A stretch of 64,000 nucleotides of DNA from contig CAVVES010000020.1 of the NCBI GenBank assembly GCA_963747225.1, positions 34,967 to 98,966 on the forward strand, read 5' to 3'. This document shows, piece by piece, positions 26,154 to 36,263 of the stretch (position 1 is its first letter; each line of letters opens with the position of its first letter). A program made the translations under genes and the position numbers. Under the pieces are notes generated by a model, which searched no databases, was not told the DNA's origin, and worked only from the letters and a program-made list of their open reading frames with translations. The stretch is from an uncultured beta proteobacterium (GTDB lineage Bacteria; Pseudomonadota; Gammaproteobacteria; Burkholderiales; JAEUMW01).

Positions 26154-29100
26154 TCAACGGCCGTTTTCCAGCGTCTCGATCAGGAAGAGGATTTCGGCGG
26201 CCATCGTGTAGTCCAAATCCGGGGCGTCGGCGAGGGTGCGGTCGCGGCTGCCGGCGACGATGGCTTGGAGGGCTTGGATGAAGGGGTGGACGCCACGCGG
26301 CGTCGGGATCGGCGGCGAGTTGCTGGAGGAGGGACGCAGCGGCGGCCGGGTCGCCGGCGAGCAGGGCTTGGGTCACGGCGAGGCAGATGCGGCCATCGGC
26401 GGTGTGGTTCTCGCCGCCGTCGCGGCGGTAGGCGAGGTAGCAGGCGATGGCCTTGCGCTTCGCCTCCGCGGCGGCGGCGGGGTTGCCGGCGTCCGTCTCG
26501 ATGTCGGCGAGGATGGCCCAGGTCTTCCACGGCTCAGACGCGTGGCCGAACTGCGCTTTGCATTCGATCGCCCGGCGGATTTCCTGCCGCGCTTCGTCGA
26601 GGCGGCGGAGCTTGCGCAGGGTGTTGGCGAGATTGTTCCTCGCGCGCCCTTCGTTCGCCACATCGCCGATCTCGACATACTTGTCCGCGGCTTGCCGGTA
26701 GAAGGCCACGGCTTCCTCCGGGCGGTCGAGGACATCGTCATACAAGTTCCCCAGTTGCACTGAGCGTGCTCGCCTGCCCGGCGACATTTCCGAGCCGCAC
26801 CTTGATCGCGAGCGATTTCCGGTAGGCATCCTCCGCCGCTTCCGGCTGTCCCGCCTCCTGATACACCATGCCGGTCTGATGCCAGATCACGGCGACGGTG
26901 CCCGGTTCGTCCAACTGCGTGAACCGCTCGCGCGCTTCGGCATACGCCGCCAGCGCCTCCGGGTAGCGGCGCTGCTCCATGCGGACGGTCCCAAGCTGGC
27001 CTTTGCCGACGGCGACCTCCCGGTCGTCACCGAGTTGCTCGGCGCGGCGGATGCTCTCTTCGTAGGCCGCCGCCGCTTCGTCGAGCCGACCCAGGTCGCG
27101 AAGACAGTCGCCTCGTTCCGCGAAGCAGACGGACGCCATCCCTTCCGCAGCTTTGCTGGCTCGCTCCTTCGCGACGGCCTCGAAGCGCTGGCGGGCCTCG
27201 TCCAGCAGCGGCAAGGCCTGTTCCGAGCCGCCGGCCGTCTTCAACACGCGGGCCAGCAGGCAGCAAGCCATCGCCAGATCGTAATCGGCGTCGGGATACG
27301 CCTGCTCGCCCGCCGCCCGGGCGCGCTGGAGCAACTGCTGCGCGCCGTCCAACGCCTCGCGCAACCGCCCGCCGGCAAGCTGCTGCTCGATGCGGGTCCG
27401 CGCCGCCTCGAACCGCGCGTGATTCCAGGCGTCGCCCAGCGCCGCCGCCGCGGCGTCGCGCACCTGCCCCACGCGCTCCAGCAGCCGCGGCTTGCCGAGC
27501 GAATTGCAGCAGGCTGTAGAGCGAAGTGGCCAGATCGATCGTCGCCTCCGCATCCCCCGCGCGCTGCACGAGGTCGAGCAGCGCAAAGAGGTTCGGCAGC
27601 TCCAGCACCGTCAGCGTCGCCGCGAGTTCGGCGTTCTGGCTCTGCTGCTGCTCGAGGAACCCGACATACCCGCGCATCGCCTCGACCCAGCGGGCCGTCA
27701 GCGCCTCGCGCTCCGCCGCGTCCATCCGCCCGCGCAGGTAGGGGCAGAGCGCGGGATTGAGCGTGAGATGGTTGTAGCGGTTCGGCGTCGCCAGCCCCGT
27801 CTCGATCAACTCGCCCGCCAGCGAGGCCACGTCCGCCTCTTCCCACTCCATCATCACGCGGAGCACGTCCAGATCGACCCCGCCGTGAAACACCCCGAGC
27901 ACGCGCGCCCTGTCCCGGTTCGCGGGCGACATGCGGCGCAGCGAAAGCTCGACGCTGGCGAAGACCGATTGCTCCCGGCTGCCGGGGAACTTCCGCTCCA
28001 TCTCCGCCATCAGCTCGACGAGCGATTCGCGGGTCGCCTCGACGCCGCGGCTGCGCAGCGCCGGGGCCAGCAGCGCCAGCGTGCGGGCGTGGCCGTGGAC
28101 GGCATCCACGAGCTGCTCGATCTCCTCGCGCGCGGCATCGGCGGCGGCGCCGGCGTCCGCCGCCGTCGGCGTTCAGCACGCGCTCGACCAGCTTCACCGC
28201 GTCCTCGCGGTCGAGCCGGTGCAGCTCGCGCCGGTGCCGCTCGGCATCGAACGGCGCGGGCAGCGCCTCGCGGCTGGTGAAGACGAGCCGCGTGTCGCCC
28301 TTCGCATGCAGCCGCGCGCAGAGCTGCGAGGATGGCGTCCAGCTCGCGGCGCGCCTCCTCGGAGAGCGCCTCCGGCGTCTCGCACGATAGGGCGGCAGGA
28401 GGATGCTCTCCATGTTGTCCACCACCAGCAGCGTGGACTGCTCGGCAGCGCGCGCTCGACGGGCAGGATGGCCTTTTCCAGATCGTCGAACGTGGCGACG
28501 GAGTAATCCGTCGCACGAGCTGGCGGCCGATGGCATCGAGCACCGCGGCGGCGTTGCTGTGCGTCTCGACGGAGACGAACGCGGCGCGGCGCATCTGCTG
28601 CGAGCGGACCATCCAGCGCGCAAACTCGGCGGCGAGCGCGGTCTTGCCTTCGCCGCCCTGGCCGCGCACCACGGCGTAGCGCTCGTGGCGCAGCAGCCGC
28701 TGCAGCGCGAGCAGCTCGCGGCTGCGGCCGATGAAGCCGGTCTCCGGCTCCGGCGGCAGTTCGCCGAGGCGCGCCGCGAGCGCGGTCTTGCAAGTCCTCC
28801 TGCGTCTGCTGCGCGGGCGTGGTGCGGAAGAGCTGCGGGTCGTCCTTTTCCTGGAAGAGCACGGGCACGAACCAATCCTCCAGCCGCAGCTCGCCCGCGC
28901 CGAAGATGCGGCCGCGGAAGGTGTCGTCCTTGAGCTGGCGCTGGCCTGCGAGCATGGCATCGCCCACGCGCTGCGCCGCGGGCCAGCGCGTCGTAGAACG
29001 CCTCGACGAAGCGGCGCGCGGTCTCGACCAGCACGCTGTGGCTCATGGCCACGACCGAGGCCACGCCGACCTTCAGCAGCTCGGAGGCGACGGACTCGGA

Positions 29101-30543
29101 CGCCTTCTCGGCCTGCGCGGTCTGGCAGGCTTCGAGGAAGACGAGCGGGATGCGGTGATCGCGCAGCAGCGGGCCGAGTTCGCTGGTGAAGACGGTGACG
29201 TGCCGGCGCTGGTCGAGCTTGCCGATGTCCTGCGGGTCCTCGAAGCACAGCCCGCCGAGGCCGACGCGTGCGGTCATAGACGCCGTGGCCGTCGAAGTGG
29301 ACGACGTGATAGGGCTCGCGCTCGCGCGCGGGCGCGGTCGAGCTCCTCGCGCAGGGCCGGCAGCGTGGGCGGGCTGAGGACGTGGATGCTGCACCAGGCC
29401 GCCGAGCGTCTTCCATCGCCTCGACCAGCGGCAGCGCGCTCGCGCGGTGGTCGATGTAGCCGCACGCGTCGTCCTCCGGCCGCGCGGTGACGAGCAGGAT
29501 GCGGATGGGCGTGGCGACCACCGGCACGTCGAGCACTCGCGTGTTCGGCAGGCGGCGGCGGACGCGCGTGGGCTTCGCGCCCTGGAACAGGTAGCCGTCG
29601 CCGTCGTGGAGCAGTTCCCACGGCAGGCCGAGCAGGAGCGTGGCGGCTTCGCGGGCGGTCGTCGACCTCGGCCTCGGCGGCGCCGGCTTCGAGCGACGCA
29701 TCGACGTGGACGGAGAAACGGCGCCCGGCGTGGTCGTCGATCCGCGCCCAGGCGTTCATGACGTTCGCCGTGTGGGCGACGGGCATCGCGGCCTCGTGCA
29801 GGAGCCGCCCCCACTTCACGAGGTTCTCCTCGACCTTGCGCGCGCGGTCCCGGAAGTAGTCGCTCGGCCAGATGGCGTACTTCTCCAGGTACCAGCGCAG
29901 CTCCTCGGCCTCGATCGGACCGATGGGAGCGATGAAGCGCCAGCTCTGCGCGCTGGCGACTTCGCGCTGCCCCGGCGTGGCCGGCTCGTAGACGAGCCGG
30001 GCGCGAGCCGAGGCGCGGCGCACGCCGTCCTGCTCGTGGAACTTGAAGTCGGTGAGTTCGAGCACGAGCTCTTCCAGCGGCTCGGCCTTGGGCTGCGGCG
30101 TGGGAGCAACATCGGCGGGGAGCGCGTTTGCCCAGGGCGACGAGGATCGCATTCATCGCCGCTTCGACGCCGCCCGCGTCGCTGCTCACCGGGATGTAGA
30201 TCGGCTCCTCGCCGAAGAACTCTTCGAGCACGCCGAGCTTCGTGCCGTTCGAGCGAGAGCGGGATGACCGGGAACTTGTCCTTGCCGCGCTGCTTCTGCA
30301 CCTCGAGCGCGTGGCGCAGTTCCTTGCCGACCCACTTCGACTGCAACGACATCCGGGCTGACGACGACGGCGTAGGCCGACGCTTCCTCGATGGCTTTCT
30401 GGATCTCCGGCCAGAGCGGATCGCCGCCGCGCAGCTCGCGCGAATCGATCCAGCCGTCCTGCCCGTGATCGGCGAGCGCCGCGCGGAGATCGCGCACGAA
30501 CGCGTCGTCCTGTCGAGCTGTGGGAGATGAAGAGTCTGGTCAT
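26154..30543 (-). pseudogene. TIR - CHAT protease - STAND/P-loop NTPase - TPR protein (~1,460 codons), reading frame broken ~18 times
   Basis: Stitched from track ORFs 27241..30543, 30186..30497, 29816..30580, 29274..30152, 28010..29701, 28194..28967, 27027..28109, 26738..27586 and 26116..26829, plus an unlisted tail ending ..ILFLIETLENGR* at 26154. Motifs: FISHSS / SKWVGKEL (TIR), LGLPWELL, HFDGHG, FLEACQT (CHAT), GQGGEGKT and LLVVDNME (P-loop), and multiple TPR units. Confidence 0.75.
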
Positions 30544-30570
30544 CGCGGCCCTGCCGGTACCACTCTAACC

Positions 30571-30590
30571 GTGAAAGCAAGGACTTTCAC
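30571..30590. promoter_or_regulatory. inverted repeat upstream of the TIR-CHAT-STAND gene; possible operator
   Basis: GTGAAAG-CAAGGA-CTTTCAC is a perfect 7-bp inverted repeat, 28 nt upstream of the ATG at 30543. Confidence 0.3.
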
Positions 30591-30694
30591 CCACGCGTTG
30601 CGCGTGCGATCAACTCGCAGGGACGGTGCCGCCAACAAAAACCGTGAACGCCTCGCTGATGACTGTTTGGTGCGGACCGCAGTAGCGCCGGAGG

Positions 30695-31027
30695 CTACTC
30701 CATCCGCGGCGCCTTCTTCACGAAGAGCCCGCTCTGGCTCGAAAAGAATGCCGCCAGATCTGCCATATCCTGGTCGGTCAGACTCGCAGCCTGCGGCGCC
30801 ATGATCGCGTTCTTGCGCGCCCCGCTCTTGTAGTCTTTCAGGGCTTTCACGATGTAGTCCGGCTGCTGGCCGGCAAGGCGGGGGAAATCCGGCACAGCGC
30901 TGTTGCCGTCGGCGCCATGACACGCCGCGCAGGGGGTGGACTTCTGCTTGCCGGCTTCGACGCTGCCGGCAAATGCGGGCAGCGCGAAAAAGGCAAGAGC
31001 TGCCACCGCGGCGATGGATTTCAGCAT
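30695..31027 (-). CDS. class I monohaem cytochrome c (c4/c553-like half)
   Basis: This is the 110-aa tail of track ORF 30695..31291 (MLKSIAAVAALAFFALPAFA..). Haem motif CAACHG and DQDMADLAAFF. Confidence 0.85.
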   Translation of the reverse strand: MLKSIAAVAALAFFALPAFAGSVEAGKQKSTPCAACHGADGNSAVPDFPRLAGQQPDYIVKALKDYKSGARKNAIMAPQAASLTDQDMADLAAFFSSQSGLFVKKAPRME

Positions 31028-31047
31028 GCTCACACTCTTCTTGGAGT

Positions 31048-31404
31048 TCACTTCGCGGCGGCGCTCGTCGGGGCGCCTGCGGGTGTGGAGTAGAAGGCGG
31101 CCAGATCCGCCATGTCCTGGTCCGACAGACTCGCCGCGATCGCCGCCATTGTGGGATGCCAGCGCTCGCCACTCTTGTAGGCCTGCAGCGCCTTCACGAT
31201 ATAGGCGGCGTGCTGACCGCCGATCTTGGGCACCGAGTACACCGCGGGAAACGCCGTGCGGTAGTCCGGTATGCCGTGGCATCCCTGGCACATCGAATCC
31301 TTGAGCTTGCCCGCCGCCGCGTTGCCGTCGGCTGCTGCGCCCGGCGTCGGAGTACAGAGGACAGAGGTGAGGAGCACAGCGGTCACTGCGAAGCGCACGA
31401 TCAT
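31048..31404 (-). CDS. class I monohaem cytochrome c (c4/c553-like half)
   Basis: 118 aa with a signal peptide. Haem motif CQGCHG and DQDMADLAAFY. It is a paralogue of the gene at 30695..31027. Confidence 0.85.
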   Translation of the reverse strand: MIVRFAVTAVLLTSVLCTPTPGAAADGNAAAGKLKDSMCQGCHGIPDYRTAFPAVYSVPKIGGQHAAYIVKALQAYKSGERWHPTMAAIAASLSDQDMADLAAFYSTPAGAPTSAAAK

Positions 31405-31506
31405 TCTCTCTGCAAGTTTGCGTCGGTTTCCAGCGGCCGGACTTTATCGGAAGCGGCGGTCATGGTCAACGGAGCGGCCGCGCCCACACCGGCCGAAACC
31501 CCTATA

Positions 31507-32148
31507 ATGCGCGTTTTTTGTGCGAATCCCGTGCTTTGCGCCGAAAATCTCGCCTGCTCGCGGGGCGACAGACTCGTCTTCTCGGGCGTCGGATTCGATG
31601 TTGAGCCGGGGCAGGCGCTCGTGGTCACAGGAGCCAACGGTAGCGGCAAGACGAGCCTGCTGCGGATCGTGTGCGGCCTGCTCGAACCCGCCGCGGGAGA
31701 GATCCGCTGGGACGGCACGAAGACGCGAAGACTCGGCGAAGAATACTTCGCGCGGCTCGGTTACGTCGGCCATCTGAACGGCCTCAAGGACGATCTGACC
31801 CCGGCGGAGAACCTTCGAACCGCGACTGGCATGTCGGGCGCGCCTGCGGACGAAGGCGCGGCAAGAACGGCGCTGCGGCGCCTCGGCATCGAAGGTCAGG
31901 CCGACCTGCCGGTGCGGTGGCTGTCGCAGGGTCAGAAGCGCCGTGCAGCGCTAGCCCGTCTGCTGGTCGCGCAGCGCTCACTATGGGTGCTCGACGAGCC
32001 CTTCACAGCCCTCGACCGGGAGTCGACCGCGACGGTGGAAGCGCTGCTGCAGGAGCATCTCGAAGGCGGCGGCCTGGCTCTGCTCGCAACCCATCAGGAC
32101 TTGCACGGCGTGCGCGCGCCCGTCCTCCGCCTCGGCCTCGGGGCTTGA
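31507..32148 (+). CDS. ccmA: haem exporter ATP-binding protein CcmA
   Basis: This is the 213-aa tail of track ORF 30973..32148. Walker A GANGSGKTS, signature LSQGQKRR, Walker B LWVLDEP. Confidence 0.9.
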   Translation: MRVFCANPVLCAENLACSRGDRLVFSGVGFDVEPGQALVVTGANGSGKTSLLRIVCGLLEPAAGEIRWDGTKTRRLGEEYFARLGYVGHLNGLKDDLTPAENLRTATGMSGAPADEGAARTALRRLGIEGQADLPVRWLSQGQKRRAALARLLVAQRSLWVLDEPFTALDRESTATVEALLQEHLEGGGLALLATHQDLHGVRAPVLRLGLGA

Positions 32149-32157
32149 GAAGCGGCG

Positions 32158-32826
32158 ATGGGCTCAGCGCTCGCATGGATCATTCGTCGCGATCTCGTTC
32201 TCGCGCTGCGCCAGCGTACCGATGTGACGACCACTCTCATTTTCTTCGTCATCGTGGTGAGCCTTTTTCCTCTCGGCGTCGGGCCGGAGATGGAGAAGCT
32301 GCGGCCGCTCGCACCAGGGGTGCTGTGGGTCGCCGCCCTGCTCGCCTCGATGCTCTCCCTCGGGCGACTCTTCGCGAGCGACTACGCAGACGGCACGCTG
32401 GAACAGATGCTGATCGCGCCGCAGCCGCTCTCCCTTGTGGTGCTCGGCAAGATCATCGCTCACTGGCTCGCGTCCGGCTTGCCGCTCGTGCTCATCGCAC
32501 CCGTGCTCGCGATCCAGTACGACCTCACCGGCGAGCCGCTGCTGGTGCTGCTCGCGGCGCTGCTCATCGGCACACCTGTATTGTCGGCGATCGGTGCGAT
32601 CGGCGCCGCGCTCACGCTCGGCCTGCGCGGTGGGGGCGTGCTGATTGCCCTACTGGTGCTGCCGCTCTACGTGCCGGTCGTGATCTTCGGCGCCGGTGCG
32701 GTCGATGCCAGCGTGTCCGGCCTCGACCCGGTTGGACACCTTTCGCTGCTTGCGGCGTTCCTTCTCCTGTCTCTGGTGGTCGGGCCGGTCGCTTCCGCCA
32801 CTGCCCTTAGAATCTCCGTAGAATGA
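32158..32826 (+). CDS. ccmB: haem exporter membrane protein CcmB
   Basis: 222-aa polytopic ORF in the ccm order. DYADGTLEQMLIAP. Confidence 0.9.
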   Translation: MGSALAWIIRRDLVLALRQRTDVTTTLIFFVIVVSLFPLGVGPEMEKLRPLAPGVLWVAALLASMLSLGRLFASDYADGTLEQMLIAPQPLSLVVLGKIIAHWLASGLPLVLIAPVLAIQYDLTGEPLLVLLAALLIGTPVLSAIGAIGAALTLGLRGGGVLIALLVLPLYVPVVIFGAGAVDASVSGLDPVGHLSLLAAFLLLSLVVGPVASATALRISVE

Positions 32827-32851
32827 AGCGGCCAGGATCGTCGCAATTCTT

Positions 32852-33604
32852 ATGTCGAGCACCACAATCAGCTGGTTCAAGTACGCCTCCCCAGCGAGCT
32901 TCTACGGCCTCGCTGGAAAGCTCGTTCCGTGGTTCGCGCTCGGCGCTGCCATGCTCTTCGCGGCCGGCCTGTACACGGGTTTCTTGGTCGCCCCCACGGA
33001 CTTTCAGCAGGGCGAGTCGTACCGGATCATCTTCATTCACGTGCCGGCCGCCTGGATGTCCATGTTCCTGTATCTGCTGATGGCAGCCTACGCGGCCCTC
33101 GGATTCATCCTCAACGCACGGCTTTCCGCGATGATGGCGCAGGCGATCGCGCCCACCGGCGCTCTCTTCACCTTCATAGCACTTTGGACCGGCGCGCTCT
33201 GGGGACGACCCACCTGGGGCACTTACTGGGTGTGGGACGCGCGGCTCACGTCGGAGCTGATCCTGCTCTTCCTCTATCTCGGCTTCATGGCGCTGCAGGC
33301 CGCGATCGAGGACCCGCGTCGGGCCGATCGCGCGGGCGCCGTGCTGGCGATCGTCGGCGCCATCAACGTCCCGATCATCTATTTCTCCGTGCAGTGGTGG
33401 AACACGCTGCACCAGGGCGCGTCGGTGAGCCTCACGCAGTCGCCGACGATGGCGACGGTCATGCTCCGGGGAATGCTGCTGATGGCGTTTGCCTGTTGGT
33501 TCTATGCGACCGCCGTGATCCTCACACGGGTGCGCGTCATCATTCTCGAAAGGGAGCAGGCGAGGCCCTGGCTGGCCGAACGGGCGGACCGGGAGCACGC
33601 ATGA
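32852..33604 (+). CDS. ccmC: haem exporter protein CcmC
   Basis: 250 aa with the WWD-type motif [12 protein letters not shown]. Confidence 0.92.
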   Translation: MSSTTISWFKYASPASFYGLAGKLVPWFALGAAMLFAAGLYTGFLVAPTDFQQGESYRIIFIHVPAAWMSMFLYLLMAAYAALGFILNARLSAMMAQAIAPTGALFTFIALWTGALWGRPTWGTYWVWDARLTSELILLFLYLGFMALQAAIEDPRRADRAGAVLAIVGAINVPIIYFSVQWWNTLHQGASVSLTQSPTMATVMLRGMLLMAFACWFYATAVILTRVRVIILEREQARPWLAERADREHA

Positions 33605-33783
33605 ACTGGGACAGCCTCTCCGCCTTTCTCCACATGGGCGGCTACGGCTTCTACGTATGGGGCGCCTACGGCGTGACGGCGGCGTTGCTGCTCGTCGAGG
33701 TTACGTGGGTGCGTGCGCGGCGCCGAACGATCGTGCAGCGTGCGGGTCTCATCCGCGATGCGTCCGGACTCGCACGCGAATGA
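33601..33783 (+). CDS. ccmD: haem exporter protein CcmD
   Basis: This is the 60-aa tail of track ORF 32929..33783 ([30 protein letters not shown]). ATGA overlap with ccmC. Confidence 0.82.
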   Translation: MNWDSLSAFLHMGGYGFYVWGAYGVTAALLLVEVTWVRARRRTIVQRAGLIRDASGLARE

Positions 33784-34226
33784 AACCCCGGCATAGACGC
33801 TTCGCCCTGATCGGGGCCGGACTTTGCGCGCTGGCGATCGCGACTGCGCTCGTCCTCAACGCCTTCCGCTCGAACCTCGTGTTCTTCTTCACGCCGAGCC
33901 AGGTCGCTGCGCAGGAAGCGCCAGTGGGGCGTACATTCCGCATCGGCGGCATGGTGGAAGCGGGCAGCCTGCGGCGCGAGCCGGACGGACTCACGGTCCA
34001 CTTCACCATCACCGACACGGCGCAGGCGATCCCCGTGGTATACAGGGGAATCCTCCCCGATCTCTTCAAGGAAGGGAAAGGTGTCGTCGCCCAGGGCAGG
34101 CTTGCTCCAGACGGGCAATTCACTGCCAGCGAAGTGCTCGCGAAGCACGACGAAAACTACATGCCGCCGGAAGCCGCCCACGCGATGGAGCAGGCGAAGA
34201 AGGCGCAGCGGACGCTGGTCCGATAG
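33780..34226 (+). CDS. ccmE: cytochrome c maturation haem chaperone CcmE
   Basis: This is the 148-aa tail of track ORF 33657..34226. [11 protein letters not shown]...[17 protein letters not shown] overlap with ccmD. Confidence 0.92.
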   Translation: MKPRHRRFALIGAGLCALAIATALVLNAFRSNLVFFFTPSQVAAQEAPVGRTFRIGGMVEAGSLRREPDGLTVHFTITDTAQAIPVVYRGILPDLFKEGKGVVAQGRLAPDGQFTASEVLAKHDENYMPPEAAHAMEQAKKAQRTLVR

Positions 34227-34247
34227 CGCGTCAGCCAAGGAGTCGAG

Positions 34248-36263
34248 ATGGTCCCAGAAATCGGTCAGTTCGCCTTGATCCTCGCGTTGCTGCTCGCCGT
34301 CGCGCAGGCCGCGGTGCCCCTCGCGGGGGCGGCGTGCGGCGTGCGCTCGTGGATGGTGTCGGCACGCTCGCTCGCGCAGGGCCAGTTCGTGTTCGTCGCG
34401 ATCGCGTTCGGCTGTCTTGCCTGGTCATTCGTGCATAGCGACTTCTCCGTGCTCAATGTCGCGACCAACTCCAACTCGAAGCTGCCTCTGCCCTATCGCT
34501 TTGCGGCGACCTGGGGTTCGCACGAAGGCTCGCTTCTGCTGTGGACGCTGATGCTCACCGTCTGGACGGTGGCAGTGACGGTCTTCAGCCGGCACCTGCC
34601 TTTGGAAATGGTGGCGCGGGTGCTGGCGGTGATGGGATTCGTGAGTGTCGGTTTCCTGCTCTTCATGCTCCTCACCTCGAATCCGTTCGAGCGGCTCATT
34701 CCCGCCCCCGAGGAAGGCCGGGATCTGAATCCCCTGCTGCAGGACCCGGGCATGGTCATTCATCCGCCCATGCTGTACATGGGATACGTCGGCTTTTCGG
34801 TCGCGTTCTCCTTCGCGCTCGCGGCACTCCTGTCGGGTCGGCTCGATGCGACGTGGGCGCGCTGGTCACGGCCGTGGACGACGATCGCCTGGACGTTTCT
34901 CACCATCGGCATCATGCTCGGCAGCGCATGGGCCTACTACGAGCTCGGCTGGGGCGGATGGTGGTTCTGGGACCCGGTGGAGAACGCCTCGTTCATGCCG
35001 TGGCTGGTCGGCACCGCCCTCATTCATTCTCTCGCGGTGACTGAGAAACGCGGCAGCTTCAAGAGCTGGACCGTGCTCCTCGCGATAGCAGCGTTCTCGC
35101 TGTCGCTCCTCGGCACGTTCCTCGTCCGCTCCGGCGTGCTCACCTCGGTCCACGCCTTCGCCACCGATCCCCGACGCGGCGTCTTCATCCTCGCGTTCCT
35201 GTCCATCGTGATCGGCGGCTCGCTTCTGCTCTACGCGTGGCGCGCGCCGAAGGTCGGACTCGGCGGCAGCTTCGCCATCGTTTCGCGCGAATCGATGCTG
35301 CTCGCGAACAACGTGCTGCTCGTGGTGGCAGCCGGCACCGTCCTGCTCGGGACGCTTTATCCGCTGATCGTGGATGCCCTCAACCTCGGCAAGATTTCGG
35401 TCGGACCGCCCTACTTCAACGCCGTATTCGTGCCGTTGATGGTGCCGGCGGTGTTTCTCATGGGTGTCGGACCGATCGCGCGCTGGAAGAGCGCGCGCAT
35501 TCCCGCGCTCGCCGTGCGGCTGCGCTGGGCTTTCGGTGCAGGTGTCGTCGCGGCATTGATTCTGCCGTTCGTGCTGGGAACGTGGACCCCGCTCATCGCG
35601 CTCGGATTTCTGCTCGCCTTCTGGGTCATCGGGGCGGTGGTCACCTCGATCGCCTTCGGCACTCAGGAAGGGGCCGCTACCCAGAGCATCTGGCGCCGCA
35701 TGTCGAAGCATTCGCGCAGCACCTGGGGCATGCATCTCGCGCATTTCGGTATCGCCGTGTTCATCATCGGCGTGACCATGGTCGGCGGATTCCAGACCGA
35801 GAAAGACGTGAAGATGGAGCCCGGGGCGACGACCACCGTCGGCGGTTACACCTTCCGCTTCGATGGAATCGAAACGCGCGACGGTCCCAACTATCGTGCG
35901 GCGCGCGGCACGGTGACCGTGTTGAAGAACAATCGCGCCATTGCCGTCATGCATCCGGAAAAGCGGCGCTACAACGCATCCGGCATGGCCATGACCGAAG
36001 CCGCGATCGACACCGGTCTCGCGCGCGATCTCTATGTCTCTCTCGGAGAACCGGTGGGCGACAACGCGTGGATCGTGCGCGTCTATCACAAGCCGTTCGT
36101 GGACTGGATCTGGGGCGGCTGCGTGCTCATGGCCCTCGGCGGACTGCTCGCGGTCACCGACCGCCGGTACCGATTCGCAGTAAAGGCGAAACCTCACACT
36201 GTGCCGACAGCACCACCGGCGCCCGTCCCCACGCCTCTTGCGCCGGAGGCGAAGCGATCGTGA
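34248..36263 (+). CDS. ccmF: cytochrome c haem lyase subunit CcmF
   Basis: 671-aa polytopic protein with the WWD motif WGGWWFWDPVENAS. Confidence 0.94.
   Translation: MVPEIGQFALILALLLAVAQAAVPLAGAACGVRSWMVSARSLAQGQFVFVAIAFGCLAWSFVHSDFSVLNVATNSNSKLPLPYRFAATWGSHEGSLLLWTLMLTVWTVAVTVFSRHLPLEMVARVLAVMGFVSVGFLLFMLLTSNPFERLIPAPEEGRDLNPLLQDPGMVIHPPMLYMGYVGFSVAFSFALAALLSGRLDATWARWSRPWTTIAWTFLTIGIMLGSAWAYYELGWGGWWFWDPVENASFMPWLVGTALIHSLAVTEKRGSFKSWTVLLAIAAFSLSLLGTFLVRSGVLTSVHAFATDPRRGVFILAFLSIVIGGSLLLYAWRAPKVGLGGSFAIVSRESMLLANNVLLVVAAGTVLLGTLYPLIVDALNLGKISVGPPYFNAVFVPLMVPAVFLMGVGPIARWKSARIPALAVRLRWAFGAGVVAALILPFVLGTWTPLIALGFLLAFWVIGAVVTSIAFGTQEGAATQSIWRRMSKHSRSTWGMHLAHFGIAVFIIGVTMVGGFQTEKDVKMEPGATTTVGGYTFRFDGIETRDGPNYRAARGTVTVLKNNRAIAVMHPEKRRYNASGMAMTEAAIDTGLARDLYVSLGEPVGDNAWIVRVYHKPFVDWIWGGCVLMALGGLLAVTDRRYRFAVKAKPHTVPTAPPAPVPTPLAPEAKRS

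Noticed and set aside
27241-30543. The 1,100-aa track ORF, taken as a single real protein.
   Set aside because: Most of its translation is Arg/Ala/Pro-rich out-of-frame text. Recognisable motifs occur in it only in short stretches, and the sensible reading continues in the other two frames. It is a by-product of high GC plus frameshifts.
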